A DNA stretch of 64,000 bases from contig JBCCNJ010000003.1 of the NCBI GenBank assembly GCA_039025905.1, forward strand, positions 11,505 through 75,504, written 5' to 3'. Of the stretch, positions 44,527-52,658 are shown piece by piece. Below the pieces are notes generated by a model that saw only the letters and a list, made by a program, of their open reading frames with translations, did no database searches and was not told where the DNA came from. Positions within the stretch are counted from its first letter, which is position 1; every line of letters begins with the position of its first letter. A program made the translations under genes and the position numbers. The DNA is from Pseudomonadota bacterium (GTDB lineage: Bacteria; Pseudomonadota; Gammaproteobacteria; Pseudomonadales; Halieaceae).

Positions 44527-46198
44527 TGGCTTGCTGCCATTGCACCCAGGCAACACATGCGGGTATTGCTTGCTTATCAAAAAATCGAAGCCAGCGTTTT
44601 TGGCTTTCCTGCAAGGCATCACCCGGCCCTTTAACCTCAATTAGGCAATAGTCGCCAGGGCCATTGCCTAAGGCGAGCAGATCAGGGAAGCCTCGCCGAT
44701 TTTCTCCGGGATCGAAGAGTATGCGCTCCCAGATAGAAAGCAGGTCTTCATCTGGAATACAGTGTGTTACGTCATTGAGAAGCTTGGCATCGATGCACCG
44801 CCAGTCGACCCAACGACACTGATAGTTTGCATAGCTAGTAAACGCCTCGGCCAGGCACTTGCCCGCCCCGCGTCGGCGCAGTTGCCGTAAACGCCTGCTA
44901 ATCAAGTCGCGTCTGCGCCTGCTGAATTCAGCGCTGTACATGTCAGTGGGCACACTTTGGAACGGATTATTAAATGCACCCGGGATCGGGTGAAAAATCT
45001 CCTCCCAAAATGCGAGTCCGAACAGTGCGTTCATCAGGCTGTTCTCGACATAGTGCACCTGTTCCCAGTCGTCGAGCAGGTGTAGTGCGGTGAGCTGTTC
45101 TACACACAACTCACCCGGCTCTATCCTAAGATCAAGCCGCTGGAAACGGTCTCTGGGTCGGCCTGCGACTTTAGCGCCGAGCTTGCGCAGTACCCGCGGC
45201 AGTATGCGATCTGCAGCATCACGCTCTTCTTCGCACCAGGGCGCAGCCAGAATACTCTGCGCGAGCTGCTGGGCCTCTGACCACTGCTGCTGGCGCTCCA
45301 TGATGCGCAACCGGCGTTCCCGTGCCGGATGACGCTGACTCAAAGTATACAGTCTGTCAGCCAAGACGAGCTCGTCGAGACGCTCCAGGTCTCTGGCCAG
45401 TACATTGCATAGCCTATAGAGACGACGCTTACTCGAATCGTACTCCGTGTTCAGATCAAACACCTGCTCAGCAAGTTCCGGCAGCAGCTCGACCTGGCCG
45501 CTCTCATGCAGTTCATAGAAAACATCGCTCAGTGTTCCACAAGCTACGTACTCCTCCACTGCAACGCGGGTCTCAAATAAACGCGTTTTTCGGTCCAGTC
45601 GATAGGGGTAGTAGCGCGCTATCCCCAAGTCGCTGAGCACAAAGTCGGTCAGACTCTGGCCACGATTACCAAAAAACAGCAGCTGGTAAAGTTCCACTTC
45701 TAGAAGGCCACAAGGTGCAATGATTCGCGAGGCGTCGAGCTTGCGCATAATTCGCTTTACCTTGTGGCGTGCAAGCGAATCGATCGACTCCATCAGCTCA
45801 CGTTTGTTTTGAGCTGAGACGCCCTCCAACTCGTCAACAAAAGCCGCCTTCAGCTCTGCGCTGGTGAATAGCCCGGCAATTTCATCAATGCTCAGAGCGC
45901 TCGCCTGCTCAACCATGCCGGTTGCCAGCAGTTCATCTATGCACGGCGCGATATCTCCCAGCTCGGGATATGACAGTTTGCTTTCGCGAAACCAGGGGCC
46001 CACCCGCGAAATCAACCTGATGTAAAGACACTGAGAATCGAAAGAAAGTGCTCTAAAAGTCGCGAGATGTTGAAGCTCTGTTTCGCTGAGTAGGTCGCCG
46101 TATTGAGCTTCGACCGTGTCACACAGTGCCAAAAAATTGTCACGGTAGTAGTGCGGCGGCAGCTCGGGTATCGCTGCTTTCGATATCGCTTCAACCAA
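44516..46198 (-). CDS. FAN1-like structure-specific nuclease (SAP/TPR core + C-terminal VRR-NUC domain)
   Basis: 560 aa with a TTG start. YYRDNFLALCDTVEAQYGDLL...LYIRLISRVGPWFRESKLSYPELGD parallels the human FAN1 core (YYLRSFL...LYVRLFQRK). C-terminal GFPDLLAL...LIEVKGPGDALQESQKRW is the VRR-NUC catalytic block. The length equals bacterial FAN1 homologues such as the P. aeruginosa protein. Confidence 0.85.
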   Translation of the reverse strand: MVEAISKAAIPELPPHYYRDNFLALCDTVEAQYGDLLSETELQHLATFRALSFDSQCLYIRLISRVGPWFRESKLSYPELGDIAPCIDELLATGMVEQASALSIDEIAGLFTSAELKAAFVDELEGVSAQNKRELMESIDSLARHKVKRIMRKLDASRIIAPCGLLEVELYQLLFFGNRGQSLTDFVLSDLGIARYYPYRLDRKTRLFETRVAVEEYVACGTLSDVFYELHESGQVELLPELAEQVFDLNTEYDSSKRRLYRLCNVLARDLERLDELVLADRLYTLSQRHPARERRLRIMERQQQWSEAQQLAQSILAAPWCEEERDAADRILPRVLRKLGAKVAGRPRDRFQRLDLRIEPGELCVEQLTALHLLDDWEQVHYVENSLMNALFGLAFWEEIFHPIPGAFNNPFQSVPTDMYSAEFSRRRRDLISRRLRQLRRRGAGKCLAEAFTSYANYQCRWVDWRCIDAKLLNDVTHCIPDEDLLSIWERILFDPGENRRGFPDLLALGNGPGDYCLIEVKGPGDALQESQKRWLRFFDKQAIPACVAWVQWQQANAN

Positions 46199-46207
46199 GC
46201 CCGGGCC

Positions 46208-47101
46208 TCACTGCGTAGATTGCCGCTGCTGCATCATGACCCCGGGGATGATGAGCGCCAGACCTACTAGCGTGGCAATATGAATGTGCTCACCCAGTAT
46301 TGTCGCTATCAATACAAGGGAAATGAGTGGAGAAAGAAAGATAAGATTGCCTACGCGCGAAACCCCACTCGCTAAGCGCAATGCACCGGCCCACAGGGCA
46401 AACGTGACCCCCATTTCAAACACGCCGATATAAGCCGCTCCCAAAAGCGCGCGCCAGCTTGGAAGCTGCAGATCTGAAAATAGCGCACAGAGCAGCAGAG
46501 CAACGGGTACAGCTATCAAAAAATTGAGGCAGAGCGCAACCGTGCCATCTCGTGATTGGCGAGTCGAGATAAGCCAGTAAAGCGCCCATACCAAGGTACT
46601 AGCCAACGCCAGTATCACACCCCACCCATTGTCGAACTCCAAACTCAGGGGTGCACCGCGCGTCGCAATGATCAATACACCGCTGTAACCCAGAAGTAGC
46701 GCTAGCAGATCGCGCCAATGCAGCCTTTGTCCGAGAATAGGAACGGCGAGCAGAGCCAGCGCGATTGCCCAGGTGTAGTTGATCGCCTGTGCCTGCTGCG
46801 CGGGCAGCAGCTCATAAGCGTGCAGCAGCAATAGATAGTATGCGATCGGATTTAGCATGCCCATGCCGATAAAAAAATAGGGCGCTTGGGCAAGGTAATC
46901 CCTGAGCAAGGATAGCTGTCCTCGATGCCAAATTATCAGCACCAGAGCAATAGCAGAAAAACATATCGCGTAGGCCAATAGCTGCAACACATCCATCTCC
47001 CGCAGGGCTAGCTTGAACGCGGTGGCAACAGTAGACCATAGCAGAATGGCCGTGAGACCAAGGAGTAAAGCCTGTCGGTCTGAGTTCTGAACTGCTGTCA
47101 T
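46208..47101 (-). CDS. EamA/DMT-family transporter (10 TM)
   Basis: Trimmed from 47131 to ATG 47101 (MTAVQNSDRQALLLGL...). Two EamA repeats of five TM helices each. The stop lies 9 nt upstream of the FAN1-like start. Confidence 0.8.
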   Translation of the reverse strand: MTAVQNSDRQALLLGLTAILLWSTVATAFKLALREMDVLQLLAYAICFSAIALVLIIWHRGQLSLLRDYLAQAPYFFIGMGMLNPIAYYLLLLHAYELLPAQQAQAINYTWAIALALLAVPILGQRLHWRDLLALLLGYSGVLIIATRGAPLSLEFDNGWGVILALASTLVWALYWLISTRQSRDGTVALCLNFLIAVPVALLLCALFSDLQLPSWRALLGAAYIGVFEMGVTFALWAGALRLASGVSRVGNLIFLSPLISLVLIATILGEHIHIATLVGLALIIPGVMMQQRQSTQ

Positions 47102-47251
47102 ATGTACCTTAATTACTGCCTTAAGTCGCAAGCCCGGTGATGAGGCGGCTTCATGTTACGCCTTCACGCGCACATTGCCATACTCATCGATGCGGGCCCA
47201 CAGCAACTCCAAAACCTGTACCGAAGTCGATTTTTCGTGCATGCTCGACAT

Positions 47252-48784
47252 ATGACGAATGAAAGCGAATCTCCCAGCCCCGATACACAGACCAATGGAC
47301 ACCAGAGTGTAAGTTGGTCACCCGCTCTGGCACTGATACCGATTGTTGTTCTTATTGTCCTGCTGGGCGGGTCTGTGTACCTATTTGGCACGGATTCATC
47401 AGCGGGGGCCAACCAAATCGCGCTTTTGCTTTCGGCAACTATCGTCGGGCTGGTCGGTCTTCGTGTCGGTTTGCGATGGCGGATAGTCCAGGCAGGGATG
47501 GTCGAGGGTATCGCCTTAGGACTGAATCCAATCCTCATTTTGCTGGCGGTCGGCATGCTTATCGGTACCTGGATTCTCAGCGGCACCGTCCCGGCAATGA
47601 TCTACTACGGCGTTGAGATCCTTGACCCCAACGTGTTTTACGCCGCCAGCGCCGTGCTGTGTGCGGTGGTAGCGATCAGCGTGGGCAGCTCTTGGACAGT
47701 CGCGGGCACCCTGGGTATTGGCCTGATGGGTATCGGTCTAACCTTTGAAATGTCCCCCGCCATCACCGCCGCTTCAATCATATGCGGCGCTTACTTTGGT
47801 GACAAATTATCGCCTTTGTCGGAAACCACCAATCTGGCTGCGGCCGTCACAAGCGTAGATCTTTTCGACCATATCCGACACATGCTGTGGACCACAATCC
47901 CCGCTTTCGTAATCACCATTGGTATATTTGTTTTTCTTGGAGATAAGCCCACCGCTACAGAGACGGAGATAGAGGATTTGCAACAAGCGCTGGGGGCGCA
48001 ATTCGAAATCAGCCCTGTTTTGCTATTACCACTGCTGTTGATGCTGCTGCTGGTTTTCAAACGTGTGCCCGCTTTCCCAGCCATCGTAATCAGTGCCTTA
48101 GCTGGCGCGGTGTTCGCGCTTGTGTTTCAACACGATGTCATTGTGCAATTTGTCAACGAGCCCAATAGCCCGACGGCCCTGGTGTTTGTGAAAGGGATCT
48201 GGATCAGCCTTATCGACGGCTACCAATCCACGACCGGCAATGAGCTACTGGACGACCTACTCAGTAAGGGTGGGATGAGCAGCATGCTATACACGGTCTG
48301 GTTAATCATTTGCGCGCTGGCCTTTGGCGGTGCTCTAGAACGGTCCGGCATTATCAGCTATGCGCTCGATGGCATCATGCGAAGGGTCAACGGACACGGG
48401 CCGCTGATCGCGACCACCGTTGGCACTTGCGTGAGCACCAACCTTTTGACCGCAGATCAATATATATCGGTTGCGCTACCGGGAAGGATGTTTGCCGAAA
48501 GCTATAAACGCCTGGGCTTATCCCCACTCAATCTCTCACGTACTTTGGAAGACTCAGGCACGATCACCTCTGTCTTGATACCCTGGAACACTTGTGGGGC
48601 CTATATGTCAGCTACCTTGGGCATCGCAACCTTGGAATACGCCCCTTACGCCTTCTTCAACTACTTGTGCCCAATCATCGCGATTATCTATGCTTTCATT
48701 GGGTTCGCATTGAAGCCCGCCGATGACGCAGCCGCCGGACCAGACCGATATGACCAACCTACAGGCGCTGTGGGATCATCCTGA
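47252..48784 (+). CDS. nhaC: Na+/H+ antiporter NhaC-family transporter
   Basis: Trimmed from 47153 to ATG 47252. About 510 aa, polytopic, with NhaC-type blocks (SGTVPAMIYYG, SWTVAGTLGIGLMGIG, IPWNTCGAYMSATLG). Confidence 0.8.
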   Translation: MTNESESPSPDTQTNGHQSVSWSPALALIPIVVLIVLLGGSVYLFGTDSSAGANQIALLLSATIVGLVGLRVGLRWRIVQAGMVEGIALGLNPILILLAVGMLIGTWILSGTVPAMIYYGVEILDPNVFYAASAVLCAVVAISVGSSWTVAGTLGIGLMGIGLTFEMSPAITAASIICGAYFGDKLSPLSETTNLAAAVTSVDLFDHIRHMLWTTIPAFVITIGIFVFLGDKPTATETEIEDLQQALGAQFEISPVLLLPLLLMLLLVFKRVPAFPAIVISALAGAVFALVFQHDVIVQFVNEPNSPTALVFVKGIWISLIDGYQSTTGNELLDDLLSKGGMSSMLYTVWLIICALAFGGALERSGIISYALDGIMRRVNGHGPLIATTVGTCVSTNLLTADQYISVALPGRMFAESYKRLGLSPLNLSRTLEDSGTITSVLIPWNTCGAYMSATLGIATLEYAPYAFFNYLCPIIAIIYAFIGFALKPADDAAAGPDRYDQPTGAVGSS

Positions 48785-49205
48785 ACCGCACACGATTGAC
48801 CGGATCGTCAAACCCGAAGATATAGATGGCCTAAATCACACAAACAATCTGGTGTATGCCCACTGGTGTGAACAAGTCGCCTGGTCACATTCCATATCCT
48901 TGGGCTTGGATCTTAAGTGTTACCGCGATTTGGATCGAGCCATGGCAATCGCCCACAGCGAATATTCCTACCTAAAGGCGTCCAAAGAAGGCGATAAAGT
49001 GGTGGTGGCCACCTGGATCGTCGATTGGGACCGCAAACTGAGTATGTCTCGGCACTTTCAAATCGTCCGTCCAGCCGATTCAACAACCCTGTTACGTGGC
49101 GCCATGGAATTTGCTTGTATCGAAATCAGCACTGGCCGACCTAAAAGACTGCCAAAGGCCTTTCTGGAGGGTTACGGGCCAGCCATATTATCGGAGCGGA
49201 TTTAG
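48723..49205 (+). CDS. 4HBT/YbgC-like hotdog-fold acyl-CoA thioesterase
   Basis: 160 aa, with an alternative ATG at 48750. VKPEDIDGLNHTNNLVYAHWCE is the typical hotdog thioesterase N-terminal block. The 5' end overlaps the nhaC 3' end. Confidence 0.7.
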   Translation: MTQPPDQTDMTNLQALWDHPEPHTIDRIVKPEDIDGLNHTNNLVYAHWCEQVAWSHSISLGLDLKCYRDLDRAMAIAHSEYSYLKASKEGDKVVVATWIVDWDRKLSMSRHFQIVRPADSTTLLRGAMEFACIEISTGRPKRLPKAFLEGYGPAILSERI

Positions 49206-49277
49206 GCCCGTATCGGTCTTGCTACAGTTGCGCTCCTGAATCACAATCAGCGGCCATACCTCACGACCTTACTCTCT

Positions 49278-49898
49278 ATGGAATGGAATCTCATACTCAA
49301 GGAGTTCATTGCACTGTGGGTAGTGATCGATCCTATCGGGTCTATACCCATCTTCATTGCGGTAACAGTCGGGCTTAGTGACACTGAGCGATATACCGTC
49401 GCGATCAAGGCAATTGCCTTTGCCGCTTTGATCCTGATGTTCTTTCTCGTCGCCGGTCAGATGATTCTCAACGCTCTGCAAATTCACCTTGAAGCGTTTC
49501 AGATCGCAGGTGGTATCGTTTTGTTTTTGTTCGCGCTGACTATGATCTTCGGCGACAGCAAGATCGACGATGAAAAAAAACAGATCAGCGGCAATGCCAG
49601 CCACCTGGCCGTTTTTCCACTAGCGGTGCCGTCGCTGGCCTCACCGGGCGCAATGCTGGCGGTTGTCATGCTGACAGACAACCATCGGCATACTATCACC
49701 CAGCAATTTTTCACAGCAGGTGCCATGCTCAGCGTATTGCTCGTCACGCTGCTACTGTTCTTTGCAGCGCGACCCATCCAGCACATACTGGGGGATTCTG
49801 GCGCCAGCCTCGTCAGCCGCGTAATGGGACTGATACTCAGCTCGGTGGCAGTGGATAATGTCTTGAGCGGTGTGACCAGCTACTTCAACCTGGCTTGA
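49278..49898 (+). CDS. MarC-family (UPF0056) integral membrane protein
   Basis: 206 aa with six TM helices. FIALWVVIDPIGSIPIF and FQIAGGIVLFLFALTMIFG are MarC-family signatures. Confidence 0.8.
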   Translation: MEWNLILKEFIALWVVIDPIGSIPIFIAVTVGLSDTERYTVAIKAIAFAALILMFFLVAGQMILNALQIHLEAFQIAGGIVLFLFALTMIFGDSKIDDEKKQISGNASHLAVFPLAVPSLASPGAMLAVVMLTDNHRHTITQQFFTAGAMLSVLLVTLLLFFAARPIQHILGDSGASLVSRVMGLILSSVAVDNVLSGVTSYFNLA

Positions 49899-50028
49899 CC
49901 TTGACCAATAAACGTGTAGAGATACTCTGCATGCTTTCTTTACTCTTCCAGCCACACGCTTTCGCTTTCTTTTGCAAATATCTACTTCCACAACAACAGG
50001 CAGACTGCGCGCGCAGGCGCGCATCAAT

Positions 50029-50700
50029 ATGAAACTGCGTTCACACGAGGTCGAAAACGCCGTCTTGCTAACGCTGGACATTCCCCCGATGAACACGCTT
50101 GGCGTCGAGGAAGTGCAAGGCCTCAGACAATTCTTGCAACACCATGACGATCAAACGCCACTCGTGATCACCGGCACTGGATCGGCGTTCAGTGCTGGAG
50201 TGGATACTAAAGCATTCGCTTCATACACCAAGTCGCAGCGAACGCAGCTGTTCGATGAAATCACGGCAATGACTGCAGCCCTGATGGCAATCACTGCTCC
50301 TGTTGTCGCCGCAGTGAATGGGCATGCCATGGGAGGAGGGCTGGTGCTTGCACTATGCGCCGATTATCGCATCGCGGCTCAGACAGAAGCGAAGTTTGGT
50401 CTTACCGAAGCAAACGCAGGCATTGCCTTTCCCGCGGGCCCGGCAGCTGTGATCTCCCATGAGCTGAGTCCAAACTTGCTACGGCGACTGACACTAAGCA
50501 GCTGCATTGTGGATGCTGATTTGCTGTTGCGTGAGGGCGTGTTTGATGAGGTCGTAGCAATCGACGTTCTTGTCGAAATGGCCGTACAGAGGTCTAGATC
50601 ACTCGCCGGACAGCCGGCTTTCGCAGAAGTAAAACGGCAAGTGCGCGGCGAACTTGCAGCCCGATTAGCGGCAATGGCGTCAGAGCGCCGCCAAAAGTGA
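50029..50700 (+). CDS. Enoyl-CoA hydratase/isomerase (crotonase) family protein
   Basis: Trimmed from 49972 to ATG 50029 (MKLRSHEVENAVLLTLD...). Oxyanion-hole blocks GSAFSAGVD and AAVNGHAMGGGLVLALCADYRIA. Confidence 0.85.
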   Translation: MKLRSHEVENAVLLTLDIPPMNTLGVEEVQGLRQFLQHHDDQTPLVITGTGSAFSAGVDTKAFASYTKSQRTQLFDEITAMTAALMAITAPVVAAVNGHAMGGGLVLALCADYRIAAQTEAKFGLTEANAGIAFPAGPAAVISHELSPNLLRRLTLSSCIVDADLLLREGVFDEVVAIDVLVEMAVQRSRSLAGQPAFAEVKRQVRGELAARLAAMASERRQK

Positions 50701-50718
50701 ATGGTCGGCTTGCCCTTT

Positions 50719-50785
50719 GGTTCTAAACGAGTTGGGTTCTAACCGAGTTGGCTTCTAAACGAGTTGGGTTCTAACCGAGTTGGCT
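50719..50785. repeat. Tandem repeat, 4 x 16 bp (GGTTCTAAMCGAGTTG), equivalently 2 x 32 bp
   Basis: Units are 50719-50734 ggttctaaacgagttg, 50735-50750 ggttctaaccgagttg, 50751-50766 gcttctaaacgagttg and 50767-50782 ggttctaaccgagttg, then a partial gct. Intergenic, 18 nt after the crotonase stop. Confidence 0.9.
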
Positions 50786-50807
50786 GCGATCTCCCGCAGA
50801 TTTCTTT
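50784..50807 (+). terminator. Weak candidate intrinsic terminator after the crotonase-family gene
   Basis: CTGCG-atctcc-CGCAG forms a 5-bp stem, followed by ATTTCTTT. Confidence 0.3.
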
Positions 50808-50887
50808 AGCTTAGCTCTAGGGTATCTCTTACACTGCTACTGACAACGTGTACGACCGGGCCCAATGAAAAGCCTCGAGGAAAGACT

Positions 50888-51301
50888 ATGAAAACATCAG
50901 GCGCGTGCTTTTGCGGTGCCATCACCTATACCGCTACTATAAACGAAGATTTTGTCGGTGTATGCCACTGCCGTGACTGTCAGATTTTCGGTGGCTCTGC
51001 CTTTCGCATGGTAGCTCTGGCCAAACCCGATGAGTTCAAGATTACCCATGGCGAGCCCAAATACTTCGACAAGATGTCCGCTACGGGCAACACCCGCCGC
51101 ATGGTTTTTTGTGGTGAGTGTGGTACGCATCTATGCTCGCTACCTCCCGAGCCAATAAGCGAAAACAGTTTTGTCTCCATACGAATTTCCACATCCAACG
51201 ATTTTGCGCAGCTAAAACCCGTCGCAGAGATCTACTGCGAGTCGCGAGTCGACTGGCTTACTCCGATGGATAACGCTCTGCAGTTCGAACGCATGCCGTA
51301 A
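50888..51301 (+). CDS. GFA-family (glutathione-dependent formaldehyde-activating/CENP-V-like) zinc protein
   Basis: 137 aa. Cys pattern CFCGAI...CHCRDCQ...CGECGTHLC is typical of the GFA fold. Confidence 0.8.
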   Translation: MKTSGACFCGAITYTATINEDFVGVCHCRDCQIFGGSAFRMVALAKPDEFKITHGEPKYFDKMSATGNTRRMVFCGECGTHLCSLPPEPISENSFVSIRISTSNDFAQLKPVAEIYCESRVDWLTPMDNALQFERMP

Positions 51302-51380
51302 GCAACTTGCGAGCAAAGACCTCACAAGCCAACGCATACGGCTAATCGCATCACACTCGCCGCCAACCGAATCTCGTCGA

Positions 51381-51686
51381 CTATCCCTGGCTCGCATTGG
51401 CGGACGCTGTGCGTGCGAATATCAGGTACAGCAGCGGACCGAAGGAGCCAGAAACCAGGGTCACCACTACCCAGGGCCACGGATTGCGACCGTTGCGTCT
51501 GGCGTCGACGATCAGCCACGTCAGAACCAACAATAGGGCAATGACCAGATCGGCGAAGACCTGCCAGCCTGCAGGGCTATGCCGCTGATAGTCAAAGATC
51601 CCGATATAGCCGACCTGCACTACTGTGTATGCAGTCAATACGGTAAATGGCACTAATAAAATGATAGCCAGCGCGCGCGTATTCAT
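51381..51686 (-). CDS. Small integral membrane protein (3 predicted TM helices), function unknown
   Basis: 101 aa. Hydrophobic segments ALAIILLVPFTVLTAYTVV, VFADLVIALLLVLTWLIV and WVVVTLVSGSFGPLLYLIF. I could not assign a family with confidence. Confidence 0.6.
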   Translation of the reverse strand: MNTRALAIILLVPFTVLTAYTVVQVGYIGIFDYQRHSPAGWQVFADLVIALLLVLTWLIVDARRNGRNPWPWVVVTLVSGSFGPLLYLIFARTASANASQG

Positions 51687-51763
51687 CTTGATCTCCTTGC
51701 GATTGATTTGAGCCTATACTCTACGCGCAGCTGAATCGGTGCAATTACCTCCCAGGTTATTGA

Positions 51764-52630
51764 ATGTACTTTTCAGCGACCGCCACAATGCGTTCACACA
51801 GGAGATCTGCGATGCCCGGCACCAGTGCGGCCACGCCGCAACAGTTCAATACGATGTGTCGCCGTTGGCGACGATTCAGGAAACTGTCTCAACTAGAGTT
51901 GGCACTAGCCGCCAACGTATCACAGCGCCACGTGAGCTGGCTGGAAACGGGCCGCAGTCAACCCAGTCGCGAGATGGTGACAAGACTGTCGGAGGCGATG
52001 GATATCCCTTTACGCGAGCGCAATGCCCTTTTTCAATCCGCTGGATTTGCCGCACTCTATAGAGAATCATCCCTCGATGAGCCAGCCATGGCGCCGGTAT
52101 TAGATGCGCTAAACCATATCCTGGAACACCACGAACCGCTCCCAGCCTTCGCGGTGGATCGCCTCTGGAATGTAAAAAAACAAAATAGAGCTGCCGAGGT
52201 GATGTTTAGTGCGGCAGGTGTAGAGAATGACATGCCGGAAATCAACGGCCACGCTCCTGATAGCAATCTCGCGCTATTAACGCTACACCCCGACGGTTTG
52301 CGGCGCTTTATCGTCAATTGGGACCAAGCGGCTCCCGCGTTTGTCAGTCGCTTGAGAAGCGAAGCCATGTCGAGCGCAGACCCATTGCTGCACCGGGAAC
52401 TGAACCGCTATATCGAGATTGCTGGATTAGGTGTTCAAACTGAGCCTAGCACAGCCCAGTTGCTGCCCATTCTACCCCTGGAGCTAGACATAAACGGCCT
52501 GCAACTAAAGCTTTTTTCCGTGATATCAACCTTTGGTACGCCTCAGGATATCACCACCGATGAACTACGCATTGAAGCCTTCTATGCATTAGATGACAGT
52601 ACCCGTGCCTTTTTCCAAGGCATTCAATAG
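51764..52630 (+). CDS. XRE-family HTH transcriptional regulator with MmyB-like ligand-binding domain
   Basis: 288 aa. HTH WRRFRKLSQLELALAANVSQRHVSWLETGRSQPS followed by a roughly 200-aa C-terminal domain as in MmyB-like regulators. The true start may be the internal ATG giving MPGTS... Confidence 0.75.
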   Translation: MYFSATATMRSHRRSAMPGTSAATPQQFNTMCRRWRRFRKLSQLELALAANVSQRHVSWLETGRSQPSREMVTRLSEAMDIPLRERNALFQSAGFAALYRESSLDEPAMAPVLDALNHILEHHEPLPAFAVDRLWNVKKQNRAAEVMFSAAGVENDMPEINGHAPDSNLALLTLHPDGLRRFIVNWDQAAPAFVSRLRSEAMSSADPLLHRELNRYIEIAGLGVQTEPSTAQLLPILPLELDINGLQLKLFSVISTFGTPQDITTDELRIEAFYALDDSTRAFFQGIQ

Positions 52631-52658
52631 CGTTGCTTGATCTCGCCTCACTATCGGC

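Noticed and set aside
42229-47131. Hypothesis that the helicase/FAN1/EamA block is a horizontally acquired island or mobile element.
   Set aside because: I see no integrase, transposase, flanking tRNA, direct repeats or obvious GC/codon shift. The genes are packed tightly against core-like neighbours. Acquisition cannot be excluded without comparative genomes.
46199-47251. Search for a LexA/SOS box (CTGT-N8-ACAG) or the GATCY-N16-CGTA ECF motif upstream of the eamA-FAN1-helicase operon.
   Set aside because: Neither motif is found in 47102-47251 or in the 9-nt eamA/FAN1 spacer. CTGT...ACAG-like strings elsewhere have the wrong spacing, for example 61186-61200 with spacing 3.
50004-50024. GC-rich palindrome TGCGCGC-GCAG-GCGCGCA just upstream of the crotonase start codon.
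   Set aside because: It is very short and is essentially a (GC)n self-complementary run. It could occlude the RBS, but I have no supporting evidence. It also falls inside the rejected 5' extension of the track ORF.
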